The notes: generated by a model from the letters alone, not told the origin. Counted from the first letter of the stretch, positions 24,044-32,760 are shown. The stretch is DNA of 64,000 nt from Myxococcaceae bacterium (GCA_044352295.1 JBILEB010000006.1:34908-98907); one strand, 5' to 3'. Program-made: numbers and translations.

Positions 24044-24910
24044 ATGGAGCCCCTCGTGTCGTGGATCGTCCCGCTGCTGCTGACCGCCTCACCTGACGCC
24101 GGCGTCTTGCTGTCCCGCCCGGTGCAGGTGAGCGCCGACAAGCTCGAGGTCATCAACAAGGAACAGAAGGCCGTCTACACCGGCCGAGCGAAGGCGCTTC
24201 GCGACACCACCACGATGACCTGCGACGTCATCACGGTGGAGTACGGCGCGAACCGCGAGGTGAGCCGGATCCTCGCGCGTGGGCACGTGGAGGCGGTCGA
24301 CGGCGACCGCTGGGCCCGCGGGGACGAGGCCGACTACGACAACGCCACGGGCACGCTGGTGGTGCGGGGCAAGCCGGAGGCACGCCAGGGCCGGCGCGAG
24401 GTGCAGGGCGAGCTGGTCACCTTCATCACCGGCACCGACCGCGTCATCGTCGACCGCGCGCGCACGAAGGTGGACGACGCGCAGGCGCTCGCGAAGGACG
24501 GCGGCGTGGGCTCGGGCGTGCAGCGCGTCACCATCGACGCCGACCGGTTGGTGCTCGACGAACAACGCAGCCGGGCCGACTGGAGCGGGCACGTGGTGGC
24601 GAAGCGAGGAGACACCACCATCAAGGCCCCGCTGCTCACGGCGCTGTACGACGAGAGCGGCACCATCACGAAGGTGCAGGCGCGCGGCGGCGTCGAGGCC
24701 ACCGAGAAGGACCGATGGGCCGCGGGTCAGAAGGGCGACTACGACGTGCAGACGGGCGTGTTGGTGGTGACGGGCCAGCCACAGGCGCGCCAGGGGACGA
24801 GCCGTATGAAGGGCACGAAGGTGACCTTCTTCTCGGGCGCCGACTTCATCGAGGTGGAGAACGCCACCACCGTCATCGAGGTGAAGCAGAAGCCCGGCGC
24901 GAAACGGTAG
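24044..24910 (+). CDS. lptA: LptA/OstA-family periplasmic LPS-transport protein (duplicated OstA-like module)
   Basis: VSADKLEVINKEQKAVYTGRAKALRDTTTMTCDVITVEY....GHVEAVDGDRWARGDEADYDNATGTLVVRGKP is repeated in the second half (GGVEATEKDRWAAGQKGDYDVQTGVLVVTGQP). Typical OstA_N pattern. Confidence 0.8.
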   Translation: MEPLVSWIVPLLLTASPDAGVLLSRPVQVSADKLEVINKEQKAVYTGRAKALRDTTTMTCDVITVEYGANREVSRILARGHVEAVDGDRWARGDEADYDNATGTLVVRGKPEARQGRREVQGELVTFITGTDRVIVDRARTKVDDAQALAKDGGVGSGVQRVTIDADRLVLDEQRSRADWSGHVVAKRGDTTIKAPLLTALYDESGTITKVQARGGVEATEKDRWAAGQKGDYDVQTGVLVVTGQPQARQGTSRMKGTKVTFFSGADFIEVENATTVIEVKQKPGAKR

Positions 24911-24924
24911 AAGGCGCGCTCGTC

Positions 24925-25716
24925 ATGGCCGATCTCCTCCCGATTCCGCTGTACCACCGCGCTGGCACCGCGGCGCTGGCGACGGTGACGAAGAGCCCGT
25001 GGGTGGTGGTGGTGCCGACGCTCGCGCTCGGCCTGGGCACGCTGGCCGACTGGCTGCTGGTGCCGCTGGGGAACGTGGGGATCATCGCGGCAGCGCCGGT
25101 GAAGGCGCTGCTGTGGTCCGTGGCGCTCTACGTCTGGCGGCGCGTGCTGCTCGAAGGCGAGGTCGCTCGCGCGGAGGTCGAGGCGGAGCTGGTCGCGCGC
25201 GCGCGGAGCCGAACGGCCCTGGGCATGCCCCTGCTCTTCGGGACGGTGGCCTTCCTGACGCTGGCCTACGGCGGCGCGCTGGCGAGCCTGTTCGTGATGG
25301 CGGTAGTGCTGCTGCCGGCGCTCGAGGCGCTGTTGCTCGGCGGGGCGCGACCGCTTGGCGCGGTGTTCAAGGAGCACGGCGCCGCCTGGGCGGTGTCGCA
25401 GTTCATCCTGGTGTCGGTGTCGATGGCGGCGTGGCTGGTGGTGGTGATGGTGGCCGGGGCGTTCCACGTGCTGGCCGGCGAGGTCCTCTCGGCGCTGGTC
25501 GGCGGACCGATGATGACCGCGCTGTGGCTGGTGCGCGGCCATGCGTGGTTCGCGCTCAATGTCGAGCCGGTCGTCGCAGCGCCCGCGCCGAAGCCGAAGG
25601 TCGTGGCGAAGCCTGCCGCGCCGAAGGTCGCTCCTGGCACCAGGCCGCCGGGCCCGAAGTCCCCTGGGGCGAAGCCTCCTGCGCCCAAGAAGCCCGGCCC
25701 GCCCCGCCGAGCTTGA
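24925..25716 (+). CDS. polytopic membrane protein with Pro/Lys/Ala-rich C-terminal tail
   Basis: ATG 24925 (MADLLPIPLYHRAG), 5-6 hydrophobic helices, tail AAPAPKPKVVAKPAAPKVAPGTRPPGPKSPGAKPPAPKKPGPPRRA. The track's upstream 70 codons overlap lptA and are rejected. Confidence 0.65.
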   Translation: MADLLPIPLYHRAGTAALATVTKSPWVVVVPTLALGLGTLADWLLVPLGNVGIIAAAPVKALLWSVALYVWRRVLLEGEVARAEVEAELVARARSRTALGMPLLFGTVAFLTLAYGGALASLFVMAVVLLPALEALLLGGARPLGAVFKEHGAAWAVSQFILVSVSMAAWLVVVMVAGAFHVLAGEVLSALVGGPMMTALWLVRGHAWFALNVEPVVAAPAPKPKVVAKPAAPKVAPGTRPPGPKSPGAKPPAPKKPGPPRRA

Positions 25717-25899
25717 CCATCTCTCTGGTCATCTCTCGTCTTCAATCTGGTCATGACCTGGAGCGTCTCGGAAGCCAGGGCGAAGCTGTCGGCGCTCCTG
25801 CTGAAGGCACGGCGGGCACCGCAGATCATCGAGAATCGAGGCGAGGGGCAGCTCACGTTTGCCTCGACGCCGCACGGGCGCTCGGGCACCCTGTTCTTC

Positions 25900-26634
25900 G
25901 TGTCGTCCGACCGCCTCACTGCCACCGGCCTCATGAAGACCTACGCCAAACGGCGGGTCGTCAACGGCGTGAGCCTCACCGTCTCGCCCGGTGAAGTCGT
26001 CGGCCTCCTCGGGCCCAACGGCGCGGGCAAGACGACCTCGTTCAACATGGTGGTGGGCCTGGTCCAACCCGATGCCGGTGACGTCACCCTTGGTGATGCC
26101 GCACTCACCGGGCTCCCCATGCACCAGCGCGCTCGCAAGGGCCTGGGCTACCTCCCGCAAGAGGCCTCCATCTTCCGCAAGCTCACCGTGCGCGAGAACA
26201 TGCTCGCCGTGCTGGAGCTGCAGGCCGGGCTCTCCCGGGCCCACCGCGAGGCCCGCGCCGCGGAGATCATCTCGGAGTTCGGCCTCACGCACGTGACGGC
26301 CAGCCTCGGCGAGACCCTCTCGGGCGGAGAACGCCGCCGCGCCGAGATCGCCCGCTCGCTGTTGCCAAACCCGCGCTTCATCCTCTTCGACGAGCCCTTC
26401 GCCGGGGTCGACCCCATCAACGTCGGTGAGCTCCAGAAGGAGATCGCCCGCCTCAAGACGAAGGGCCTGGGCGTGCTCATCACCGATCACAACGTGCGCG
26501 ACACGCTGCGCATCTGTGATCGGGCCTACATCATCGCGGCCGGGCAGATCCTCGAGGAGGGTCCTCCCGAAGCCATCGCCGCCTCCGAACGGGCCCGCTC
26601 CGTCTACCTCGGCAACAACTTCAGCCTGGGCTGA
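25900..26634 (+). CDS. lptB: LPS export ABC transporter ATP-binding protein
   Basis: GLLGPNGAGKTT, YLPQEASIFRKLTV, LSGGERRR, ILFDEPFAGVDP, ITDHNVR. GTG 25900 (VSSDRLTATGLMKTYAKRRVV) gives the canonical LptB N-terminal length. The in-frame upstream 49 codons are treated separately in the findings. Confidence 0.92.
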   Translation: MSSDRLTATGLMKTYAKRRVVNGVSLTVSPGEVVGLLGPNGAGKTTSFNMVVGLVQPDAGDVTLGDAALTGLPMHQRARKGLGYLPQEASIFRKLTVRENMLAVLELQAGLSRAHREARAAEIISEFGLTHVTASLGETLSGGERRRAEIARSLLPNPRFILFDEPFAGVDPINVGELQKEIARLKTKGLGVLITDHNVRDTLRICDRAYIIAAGQILEEGPPEAIAASERARSVYLGNNFSLG

Positions 26635-26777
26635 TGGCGCGCCCTGCAGGTTGTGTTCCCAAGCCGCGGATGCACGGCAGCACGGAAAATGCCAGCGTCA
26701 GAATTCTGACAGATTCCCCAATAAAATCGGGAACCTCTCACGAGCTGGTTGTGCTTCTTCGCGCGCTTCAATACCTT

Positions 26778-26792
26778 TGGCACACCTTTTGA
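26778..26792 (+). promoter_or_regulatory. sigma-54-like -24/-12 element (TGGCAC-N5-TTGA) upstream of rpoN
   Basis: Reads TGGCACaccttTTGA. The -24 box is perfect and the spacing correct, but the -12 box is GA rather than GC. It lies only about 22 nt from the ATG at 26814, which leaves little room for a leader. Confidence 0.2.
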
Positions 26793-26813
26793 GAAGCCAC
26801 GGGGACAACCGAC

Positions 26814-28322
26814 ATGGGCATGGAGCTGAAGCAGAGCCTCAAGATGTCGCAGTCGCTGGTGATGACGCCGCAGCTGCAGCAGGCGATCAAGCTGCTCCAG
26901 CTGTCGCGCATGGAGCTGATCGAACAGGTCACCGCGGAGATCGAACAGAACCCGCTCCTCGAACAGCCTGACGAGACCGTCGAAGGGGACATGGCCGACA
27001 AGGCGCCCGGTGAGGCGTCGCTCGAGGCCGACACCCGCGAGCAGCCGGCCGAGTTCGAGGCCCCGCCGCCCGAGAAGGCCACCGAGGTCACGCCCGAGAA
27101 GGGTCCCGAGGAGATCGACTGGGACCAGTACCTCAACAGCTACCAGTTCAACGAGCCGACGACCGCCTCGAACAAGGGCAACGTCGACATGGAGGACCTG
27201 CCTTCCTTCGAAGCCAACATGGTGCAGAAGGAGGACCTGGTCGACCACCTCCACGAGCAGCTCTCGGGCGTGCGGCTCAACGACGCCGAGCTGCGCATCG
27301 CCGAGCTCATCATCGGCAACCTCGACGACGATGGGTACCTCAAGCTCGCCGACGTCGAGGGCGACCCGCTCATCCGCCTGGCGAACGAGGCCGACGTCGA
27401 CATGCGCGTCGCCGAGAAGGTGCTCAAGCGCGTGCAGCAACTCGACCCCAAGGGCTGCGCCGCGCGCGATCTGCAGGAATGCCTCCTCGTCCAGCTCCAG
27501 GCCCTCCACGAGCCCGGCACGGGGCTGCTCGGCCTCATCCTCAAGAAGCACCTCAAGCTGCTCGAGTCGAAGAACTACCCGGCCATCGCGCGCGATCTGA
27601 AGGTGCCGCTCGACGAGGTGGTGCAGGCGTCACGGCTCTTGCCGAGGCTCGACCCGAAGCCGGGCCGGAACTTCTCGGGCGACGACGCCCAGTACATCAC
27701 CCCCGACGTCTACGTGTACAAGATGGGCGAAGACTACACGGTGGTGCTCAACGACGACGGGCTCTCGAAGCTGCGCATCTCGGGCGCGTACCTGCAGGCG
27801 CTCAAGGGCGGGCGGCTCCCGCCGGGGCAGACCAAGGAGTTCGTGCAGGAGAAGCTCCGCTCGGCCCACTGGCTCCTTCGCTCGATTCACCAGCGCCAGC
27901 GCACGATTCACAAGGTGACCGAGAGCATCGTGAAGTTCCAGCGCGAGTTCCTCGACAAGGGCATCGCGTTCCTCAAGCCGCTCATCCTGCGCGACGTGGC
28001 CGAGGACATCAGCATGCACGAGTCCACCGTCTCCCGCGTGACGACGGCGAAGTACGTGCACACCCCGCAGGGCATCTTCGAGCTGAAGTACTTCTTCAAC
28101 TCGTCCATCGCGCGCACCGGCGGCGACGACATCGCCAGCGAAGCGGTCAAGAACCACATCAAGCAGATCGTCGGCCAGGAAGACCCGAAGAACCCGTACT
28201 CGGATCAGAAGATCGTCGAGCTGCTCAAGGCCCAGGGCATCGAGATCGCCCGCCGGACGGTGGCCAAGTACCGCGAGGTGCTGGGCGTGCTGCCGTCGAG
28301 CAAACGGAAGAAGTACGTCTGA
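26814..28322 (+). CDS. rpoN: RNA polymerase sigma-54 factor
   Basis: MELKQSLKMSQSLVMTPQLQQAIKLLQLSRMEL region I, acidic region II, RpoN box IEIARRTVAKYREVLG. Confidence 0.95.
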   Translation: MGMELKQSLKMSQSLVMTPQLQQAIKLLQLSRMELIEQVTAEIEQNPLLEQPDETVEGDMADKAPGEASLEADTREQPAEFEAPPPEKATEVTPEKGPEEIDWDQYLNSYQFNEPTTASNKGNVDMEDLPSFEANMVQKEDLVDHLHEQLSGVRLNDAELRIAELIIGNLDDDGYLKLADVEGDPLIRLANEADVDMRVAEKVLKRVQQLDPKGCAARDLQECLLVQLQALHEPGTGLLGLILKKHLKLLESKNYPAIARDLKVPLDEVVQASRLLPRLDPKPGRNFSGDDAQYITPDVYVYKMGEDYTVVLNDDGLSKLRISGAYLQALKGGRLPPGQTKEFVQEKLRSAHWLLRSIHQRQRTIHKVTESIVKFQREFLDKGIAFLKPLILRDVAEDISMHESTVSRVTTAKYVHTPQGIFELKYFFNSSIARTGGDDIASEAVKNHIKQIVGQEDPKNPYSDQKIVELLKAQGIEIARRTVAKYREVLGVLPSSKRKKYV

Positions 28323-28386
28323 ATCGACAGCCGCCGCAGGTGCGATAAGCCTTTGCAGGCCGTCTTCTATTCCCCGGGGGAGCCTC

Positions 28387-28761
28387 ATGCCTGACGTGCT
28401 CATCGTCGACGACGATCGCCTCCTGCGGAGGATGCTCCAGGACGCCCTGGCTGACGTGCCGTGCACCGTGCGCGAGGCCGACTCGGGAGACGCCGCCGTC
28501 GCCGCCATCGCCGAAAAGCTGCCCCAGGTGGTGCTGCTCGACCTGATCATGCCCGGGAAGAGCGGGCTCGAGCTGCTCAAGACGTTCGCCACCCAGTCGC
28601 CGCCGATGCGCATCATCGTCATCTCGAGCCTCGACACCGAGTCGCTCGTGCAGCAGGCGCTCAAGGACGGAGCGCACGGGTTTCTCTCGAAGCCCTTCCA
28701 CCCGCTCGACGTGCAGAACGTGGTGCGCGCGGCACTGGAGGCGGCCGAGGGGGCCTCATGA
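28387..28761 (+). CDS. single-domain response regulator (CheY-like)
   Basis: VLIVDDD, VLLDLIMPGKSG (acceptor Asp), VISS, FLSKPF. 124 aa with no output domain. Confidence 0.9.
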   Translation: MPDVLIVDDDRLLRRMLQDALADVPCTVREADSGDAAVAAIAEKLPQVVLLDLIMPGKSGLELLKTFATQSPPMRIIVISSLDTESLVQQALKDGAHGFLSKPFHPLDVQNVVRAALEAAEGAS

Positions 28762-29582
28762 GCGCGCAGTACTGGCTGGCCGACAGCGAAGCGCGCGTGC
28801 TGGGCCCCGTGCCCATCGACGTGGTGCGCGATCTCGCCATGCGCGGAAAGCTCAACGACGTACGCGCGGTGTCGCGAGACGGCCGCCAGTTCGTGCCGCT
28901 GCGCGAGGTGCCCGAGATCCAGGCCGCGCTGGCTCCGCCACAGGGCGACGAGGTGGCGCGCGCCCAGTACGAGGCGACGCGGCAGATCCGCGAGTGGCTC
29001 GAGAGCCTCAAGGACCGGCCGACCCACGAGGTGTTGCGGGTGCCCGCGAACGCCTCGAAGGACGCCGCCCGGGCCGCCTTCTTCGCGTTGGTGCACCGCT
29101 ACCTGCCGAGCCGGCTGCCGCCCGAGGCGACGCCAGAGCTGCGCCTGGCGTGCGAAGACGCGTTCCTGGTGCTGGCCGTGCGCATGGTCGAGTTCGAACG
29201 GCGCGGCCGCTCGGTGCCGCCTCCCGTTCCCGCGGCGGCGCCGAAGGCCCCGCCCCTGCCTGCCTCGACCGCCTCCGTCACCTGGCGCGGCGGAATGATC
29301 CACGTGAAGTTGTCATTGCCCCGCGGTGACGCGCGGCCCTTCACGATGGACGAGGGCGCCAACTGGAAGAGCGACTCCATCTTCGTGGTGTCCGGGGAGA
29401 AGGTCATGGTCGGCACGCCGGCCGAGGTGACGCTCACCTTCCAGGGCCACGTCACGCAGATCCACGCCACCGGCCGCGTCATCGGCGTCACCGCCAACGT
29501 GGGCTTCGCGGTGAAGATGCTCGACCTCGGTGAACACCAGCGCAGCATCATTCGCACCTGGGTCGCGCGCGCCCAGACCTGA
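28758..29582 (+). CDS. GYF_2-like / degenerate J-like / PilZ-like multidomain protein
   Basis: ATG 28758 overlaps the regulator's stop (ATGA). N-terminus YWLADSEARVLGPVPIDVVRDLAMRGKL is GYF_2/DUF4339-like. HEVLRVPANASKDAARAAFFALVHRYLPS is J-domain-like but lacks HPD. The C-terminal beta-rich region has RGDAR (RxxxR), as in PilZ. Confidence 0.7.
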   Translation: MSAQYWLADSEARVLGPVPIDVVRDLAMRGKLNDVRAVSRDGRQFVPLREVPEIQAALAPPQGDEVARAQYEATRQIREWLESLKDRPTHEVLRVPANASKDAARAAFFALVHRYLPSRLPPEATPELRLACEDAFLVLAVRMVEFERRGRSVPPPVPAAAPKAPPLPASTASVTWRGGMIHVKLSLPRGDARPFTMDEGANWKSDSIFVVSGEKVMVGTPAEVTLTFQGHVTQIHATGRVIGVTANVGFAVKMLDLGEHQRSIIRTWVARAQT

Positions 29583-29730
29583 CGAACCTCGTCAAAGAAA
29601 AAGCGGCGACGCAGCGGAAATGCCGAGAACGCACATTGCGTTTCACGGCGTCGTGACGTGGAATCCACCTCGTGGTCACGGGCCGCTTACCCTCTCTCGA
29701 TGCCCGGACCCTTCCAGGAGGCAAACGCCC

Positions 29731-30318
29731 ATGCAGATGAACATCACCTTCCGGCACGTCGACCCGATTGATTCACTCAAGGCGTATGCGCAGGAGAAGG
29801 TGGAGCGGGTGAACAAGTACCTCGACCGGCCTTCCGAGGCGCACGTGGTGCTCTCGGTCGAGAAACATCACCACCAGGCCGACATCACGATTCACTCCGG
29901 GCCCTACATGCTGCGCGGAAAGGAGCGCAGCCAGGACATGTACGCCTCCATCGACCTCGCGATGGACAAGATCGAGCGTCAGCTCAAGAAGTACAAAGAG
30001 AAGCTCAAGGAGAAGCACGGCCGCGACCGCGTGCACCACCGGCACGACCTCGTGGAGCAGATGAAGTGGCGGCACCAGGTGATCGAGCACGCCGAAGAGA
30101 ACACCGACACCGGCCCGCGGCTGATCAAGAAGAACGAGTTCCTCGCCCGGCCGATGTCGGTCGAAGAGGCCCTCATGCAGATGGACCTGATCAACAACGA
30201 CTTCTACGTGTTCACCAACAGCACCACGATGGAGATGAACGTGGTGTACCGGCGCAAGGATCACACCTTCGGGTTGATCGAGGCGTCTGGGGTGGAGCGG
30301 AAGTCACTCGTCGGCTGA
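29731..30318 (+). CDS. hpf: ribosome hibernation-promoting factor, long form
   Basis: MQMNITFRHVDPIDSLKAYAQEKVERVNKYL (S30AE family) plus a C-terminal dimerisation region (FLARPMSVEEALMQMDLINNDFYVFTN). AGGAGG ribosome-binding site before ATG 29731. Confidence 0.92.
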   Translation: MQMNITFRHVDPIDSLKAYAQEKVERVNKYLDRPSEAHVVLSVEKHHHQADITIHSGPYMLRGKERSQDMYASIDLAMDKIERQLKKYKEKLKEKHGRDRVHHRHDLVEQMKWRHQVIEHAEENTDTGPRLIKKNEFLARPMSVEEALMQMDLINNDFYVFTNSTTMEMNVVYRRKDHTFGLIEASGVERKSLVG

Positions 30319-30326
30319 CCCTCGCG

Positions 30327-30356
30327 CTCAGCGAAACCTCAATCGAACGCGCTGAG
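30327..30356. terminator. weak hairpin between convergent hpf and GH3 genes
   Basis: CTCAGCG-16 nt-CGCTGAG (7-bp stem) in the 40-nt convergent spacer. The loop is long and there is no U-tract. Confidence 0.2.
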
Positions 30357-30358
30357 GC

Positions 30359-32188
30359 CTAGGGCACGGCCGTCGTCACGGGAGCGGCGTGCACGTCGGC
30401 CTGCGCCGCCTGCGGGAGCTGCCGTCCGCTGACGTCGAGGCCAAACCCGAAGGGCATCTTCGGCATCGCGACCGGCAGGCGACCGGCCGGCGCGAGTTCT
30501 CCGGTCAGGGCCCGCGCCGCCGCGTCGGCCATCGACTCCCGGTACGAGTAGACCGACAGCACCGCCGCGGCGCCTGGCACCTGGCTGCCCAGGTACGGCG
30601 CCCCCATCACCACCACCACCATCGGCTTGCCCGTCAGCTCCACGACGGTGGCGAACTCGAGCTGCTGCGCGTTCACCACGCCCACCACCACCACGTCACT
30701 CTGCTGGGCCAGGGCCTGCGCCTGCCGCTTGAGGTCGATCCGCGCCGACGCAGGCGCGAAGGCCGGCACCACCAGCGAGCGAACACCAGGCAGCCGCGAC
30801 TCCAACGCCGTGGCCAGGGCCTTCTCGGCCGTCACCACGCCGACGCGACGCCCGGCCGGCAGCGGGAGCACCCGGCGATCGGCCTTCAGCAGCGTGACGG
30901 CAGCGCTGGCGATGCGGGTGACGATCTCCTGCTCGGCGCCCAGGGTGGCGAGCCGCTCGTCCCGCGGCGGAAAGGCCTCGAAGACGCCGCGGCGGAGCTT
31001 CACCTCGAGGATTCGGCGCACCGCCTCGTCCACCCGAGCCATCGACAACACGCCCGAATCCACCGCGGCGCGCAAGGCGTCGGCGACCTCGGCGATCTTC
31101 TCCTCGCGCCAGGGCACCAGCACCACGTCGGCCCCGGCGTTCACCGCCATCACCGCCGCGTGACCCACGCCCCAGCGCGCGTCGATGGCGTCCATCTCGA
31201 GCTCGTCCGTCACCACCAGGCCCCCGAAGCCCAGCTGGTCCCGCAAGACGTTCCCGAGCACGTGGGGTGAGAGCGTGGCCGGCGTCGAGTCTCCGTTCGC
31301 CAGCGTGGGCGTCGCGATGTGCGCCGTCATGAGGCCGTCGAGCCCCGCGTGCATCGCGGCCACGAAGGGCTCGAGCTGCCGGCGCAGCGCGGCCTCGGGC
31401 AACTTCACCACCGGCAGGGCCTTGTGGGAGTCGCTGTCGACGCCGCCGTGCCCCGGGAAGTGCTTGGCGATGGTGACGATGCGCGCCGCCTGCTGCCCAC
31501 GGACGAACTGCGCCCCCAGCTCGCTCACCAGGCCGACGTCGTCCGAGAAGGCACGAATGCCGATGACGGGGTTGCGCGGGTTCGAGTTCACGTCGAGCAC
31601 CGGCGCCAGGTTCATCGTGAAGCCCAGGCGCCGCAGATCGTTGCCCTGGGCGCGGCCGGCCTCGTAGGCGAGCTGTCCGTCGCGCGTGGCACCCAGCACC
31701 ATGTTGCCTGGCAGCACGACGTTGCGGTCGGACAGGCGCACCACGTTCCCTCCTTCCTGGTCGACGGCGATGAAGGGCGGGACCCTGCCCGCGAAGAGCG
31801 CGCGGACCTCGTCGTTGAGACGGGCGACCTGCTCGGCCGACTGGATGTTGCGCTTGAAGAGGCACACGCCGCCGACGCGACGACCCTGGAGGAGCCGGGC
31901 GATGCCGTCGTCCACCGTGTAACCGTTGAACCCCACCAGCAGCAGCTGCCCCAGCTTGTCGTCGACCGACAGCCGTGCCAGCCGCGCTTCGAGGTCACCA
32001 TCGAGGGCCGGGGCGGTGGCCTGCACGGGCGGGCGAGTGGGAGCATCGGCGGGGCGAGATGGCGGTCTGGGTGCGCGCGCCACGTCCCAGAAGGGTCGGT
32101 CGGCCGCGGGCCGGGCCACGCGCTCATGGGAGCACGCGATGAGGGCCAGGCTGGTGAGCAGGAGCGCTCGCGAAGAGGAGGACGGCAT
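30359..32188 (-). CDS. glycoside hydrolase family 3 lipoprotein (beta-N-acetylhexosaminidase/NagZ-like N-domain plus C-terminal domain)
   Basis: Lipobox LALIAC. DQEGGNVVRL, GFTMNLAPVLDV, IRAFSDD, KHFPGHGG GH3 motifs. Confidence 0.9.
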   Translation of the reverse strand: MPSSSSRALLLTSLALIACSHERVARPAADRPFWDVARAPRPPSRPADAPTRPPVQATAPALDGDLEARLARLSVDDKLGQLLLVGFNGYTVDDGIARLLQGRRVGGVCLFKRNIQSAEQVARLNDEVRALFAGRVPPFIAVDQEGGNVVRLSDRNVVLPGNMVLGATRDGQLAYEAGRAQGNDLRRLGFTMNLAPVLDVNSNPRNPVIGIRAFSDDVGLVSELGAQFVRGQQAARIVTIAKHFPGHGGVDSDSHKALPVVKLPEAALRRQLEPFVAAMHAGLDGLMTAHIATPTLANGDSTPATLSPHVLGNVLRDQLGFGGLVVTDELEMDAIDARWGVGHAAVMAVNAGADVVLVPWREEKIAEVADALRAAVDSGVLSMARVDEAVRRILEVKLRRGVFEAFPPRDERLATLGAEQEIVTRIASAAVTLLKADRRVLPLPAGRRVGVVTAEKALATALESRLPGVRSLVVPAFAPASARIDLKRQAQALAQQSDVVVVGVVNAQQLEFATVVELTGKPMVVVVMGAPYLGSQVPGAAAVLSVYSYRESMADAAARALTGELAPAGRLPVAMPKMPFGFGLDVSGRQLPQAAQADVHAAPVTTAVP

Positions 32189-32298
32189 CGCGCGGGCGCG
32201 ACGCTATCGCCCACCGACGGGCGACGCACGAGAATGGCGGTCTCTGCCGACACCTGAGTTGCAGGGGCCCGCGCGCCTCGGCTATCTGCGGACCCCCG

Positions 32299-32760
32299 AT
32301 GCGCATCGCGGAGTTCCTGAAGGTCGAGGCTGTCACCCCTTCGCTCTCCGCGACCTCGAAGCACGAGGTGCTGCGCGAACTGGCCCAGGCGCTCACCCGC
32401 GCGTGGCCGCAGGTGCCCGAGAGCCGCTTCCTGCAGGTGCTCGAGGAGCGCGAGAAGCTGGGCTCGACCGGAATGGAGAAGGGCGTCGCGATTCCCCACG
32501 GGCGCATGGCCGAGCTGCCGACGCTCATCGCCTGCTTCGGCGTCTCCCGCCTGGGCGTCGACTTCGAGGCGCGTGACGGCCAGAAGAGCCAGTTCTTCTT
32601 CGCGCTGGTGGCCCCCGAGAACTCGGCGGGCCTGCACCTCAAGGCGCTCTCCCGGCTGTCCCGCATCTTCCGCTCCGATGCGCTCAAGGACAGCATCCTC
32701 GCGGCGAATGACGCCTCGGCCGTGCACGCGCTGCTGCTCACCGAAGACGCGCGCGCCTGA
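32299..32760 (+). CDS. ptsN: PTS IIA(Ntr)-type nitrogen regulatory protein
   Basis: REKLGSTGMEKGVAIPHGR (active-site His), 153 aa, classical position in the rpoN locus. Confidence 0.9.
   Translation: MRIAEFLKVEAVTPSLSATSKHEVLRELAQALTRAWPQVPESRFLQVLEEREKLGSTGMEKGVAIPHGRMAELPTLIACFGVSRLGVDFEARDGQKSQFFFALVAPENSAGLHLKALSRLSRIFRSDALKDSILAANDASAVHALLLTEDARA

Noticed and set aside
26697-26710. Perfect 14-bp palindrome GTCAGAATTCTGAC upstream of rpoN (a related GAGAATTCTC lies at 58113-58122)
   Set aside because: With this base composition, I estimate roughly ten perfect 14-bp palindromes per 64 kb by chance (per-pair match probability about 0.29, to the 7th power, times 64,000). GAATTC occurs about as often as expected. 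This is not significant on its own. It is kept only as a possible operator to revisit if TSS data point here.
29673-29688. Possible sigma-54 promoter TGGTCACGGGCCGCTT upstream of hpf
   Set aside because: The GG-to-GC spacing is one nucleotide off consensus, and the -24 box is interrupted (TGGTCAC). It does not meet TGGCAC-N5-TTGC.
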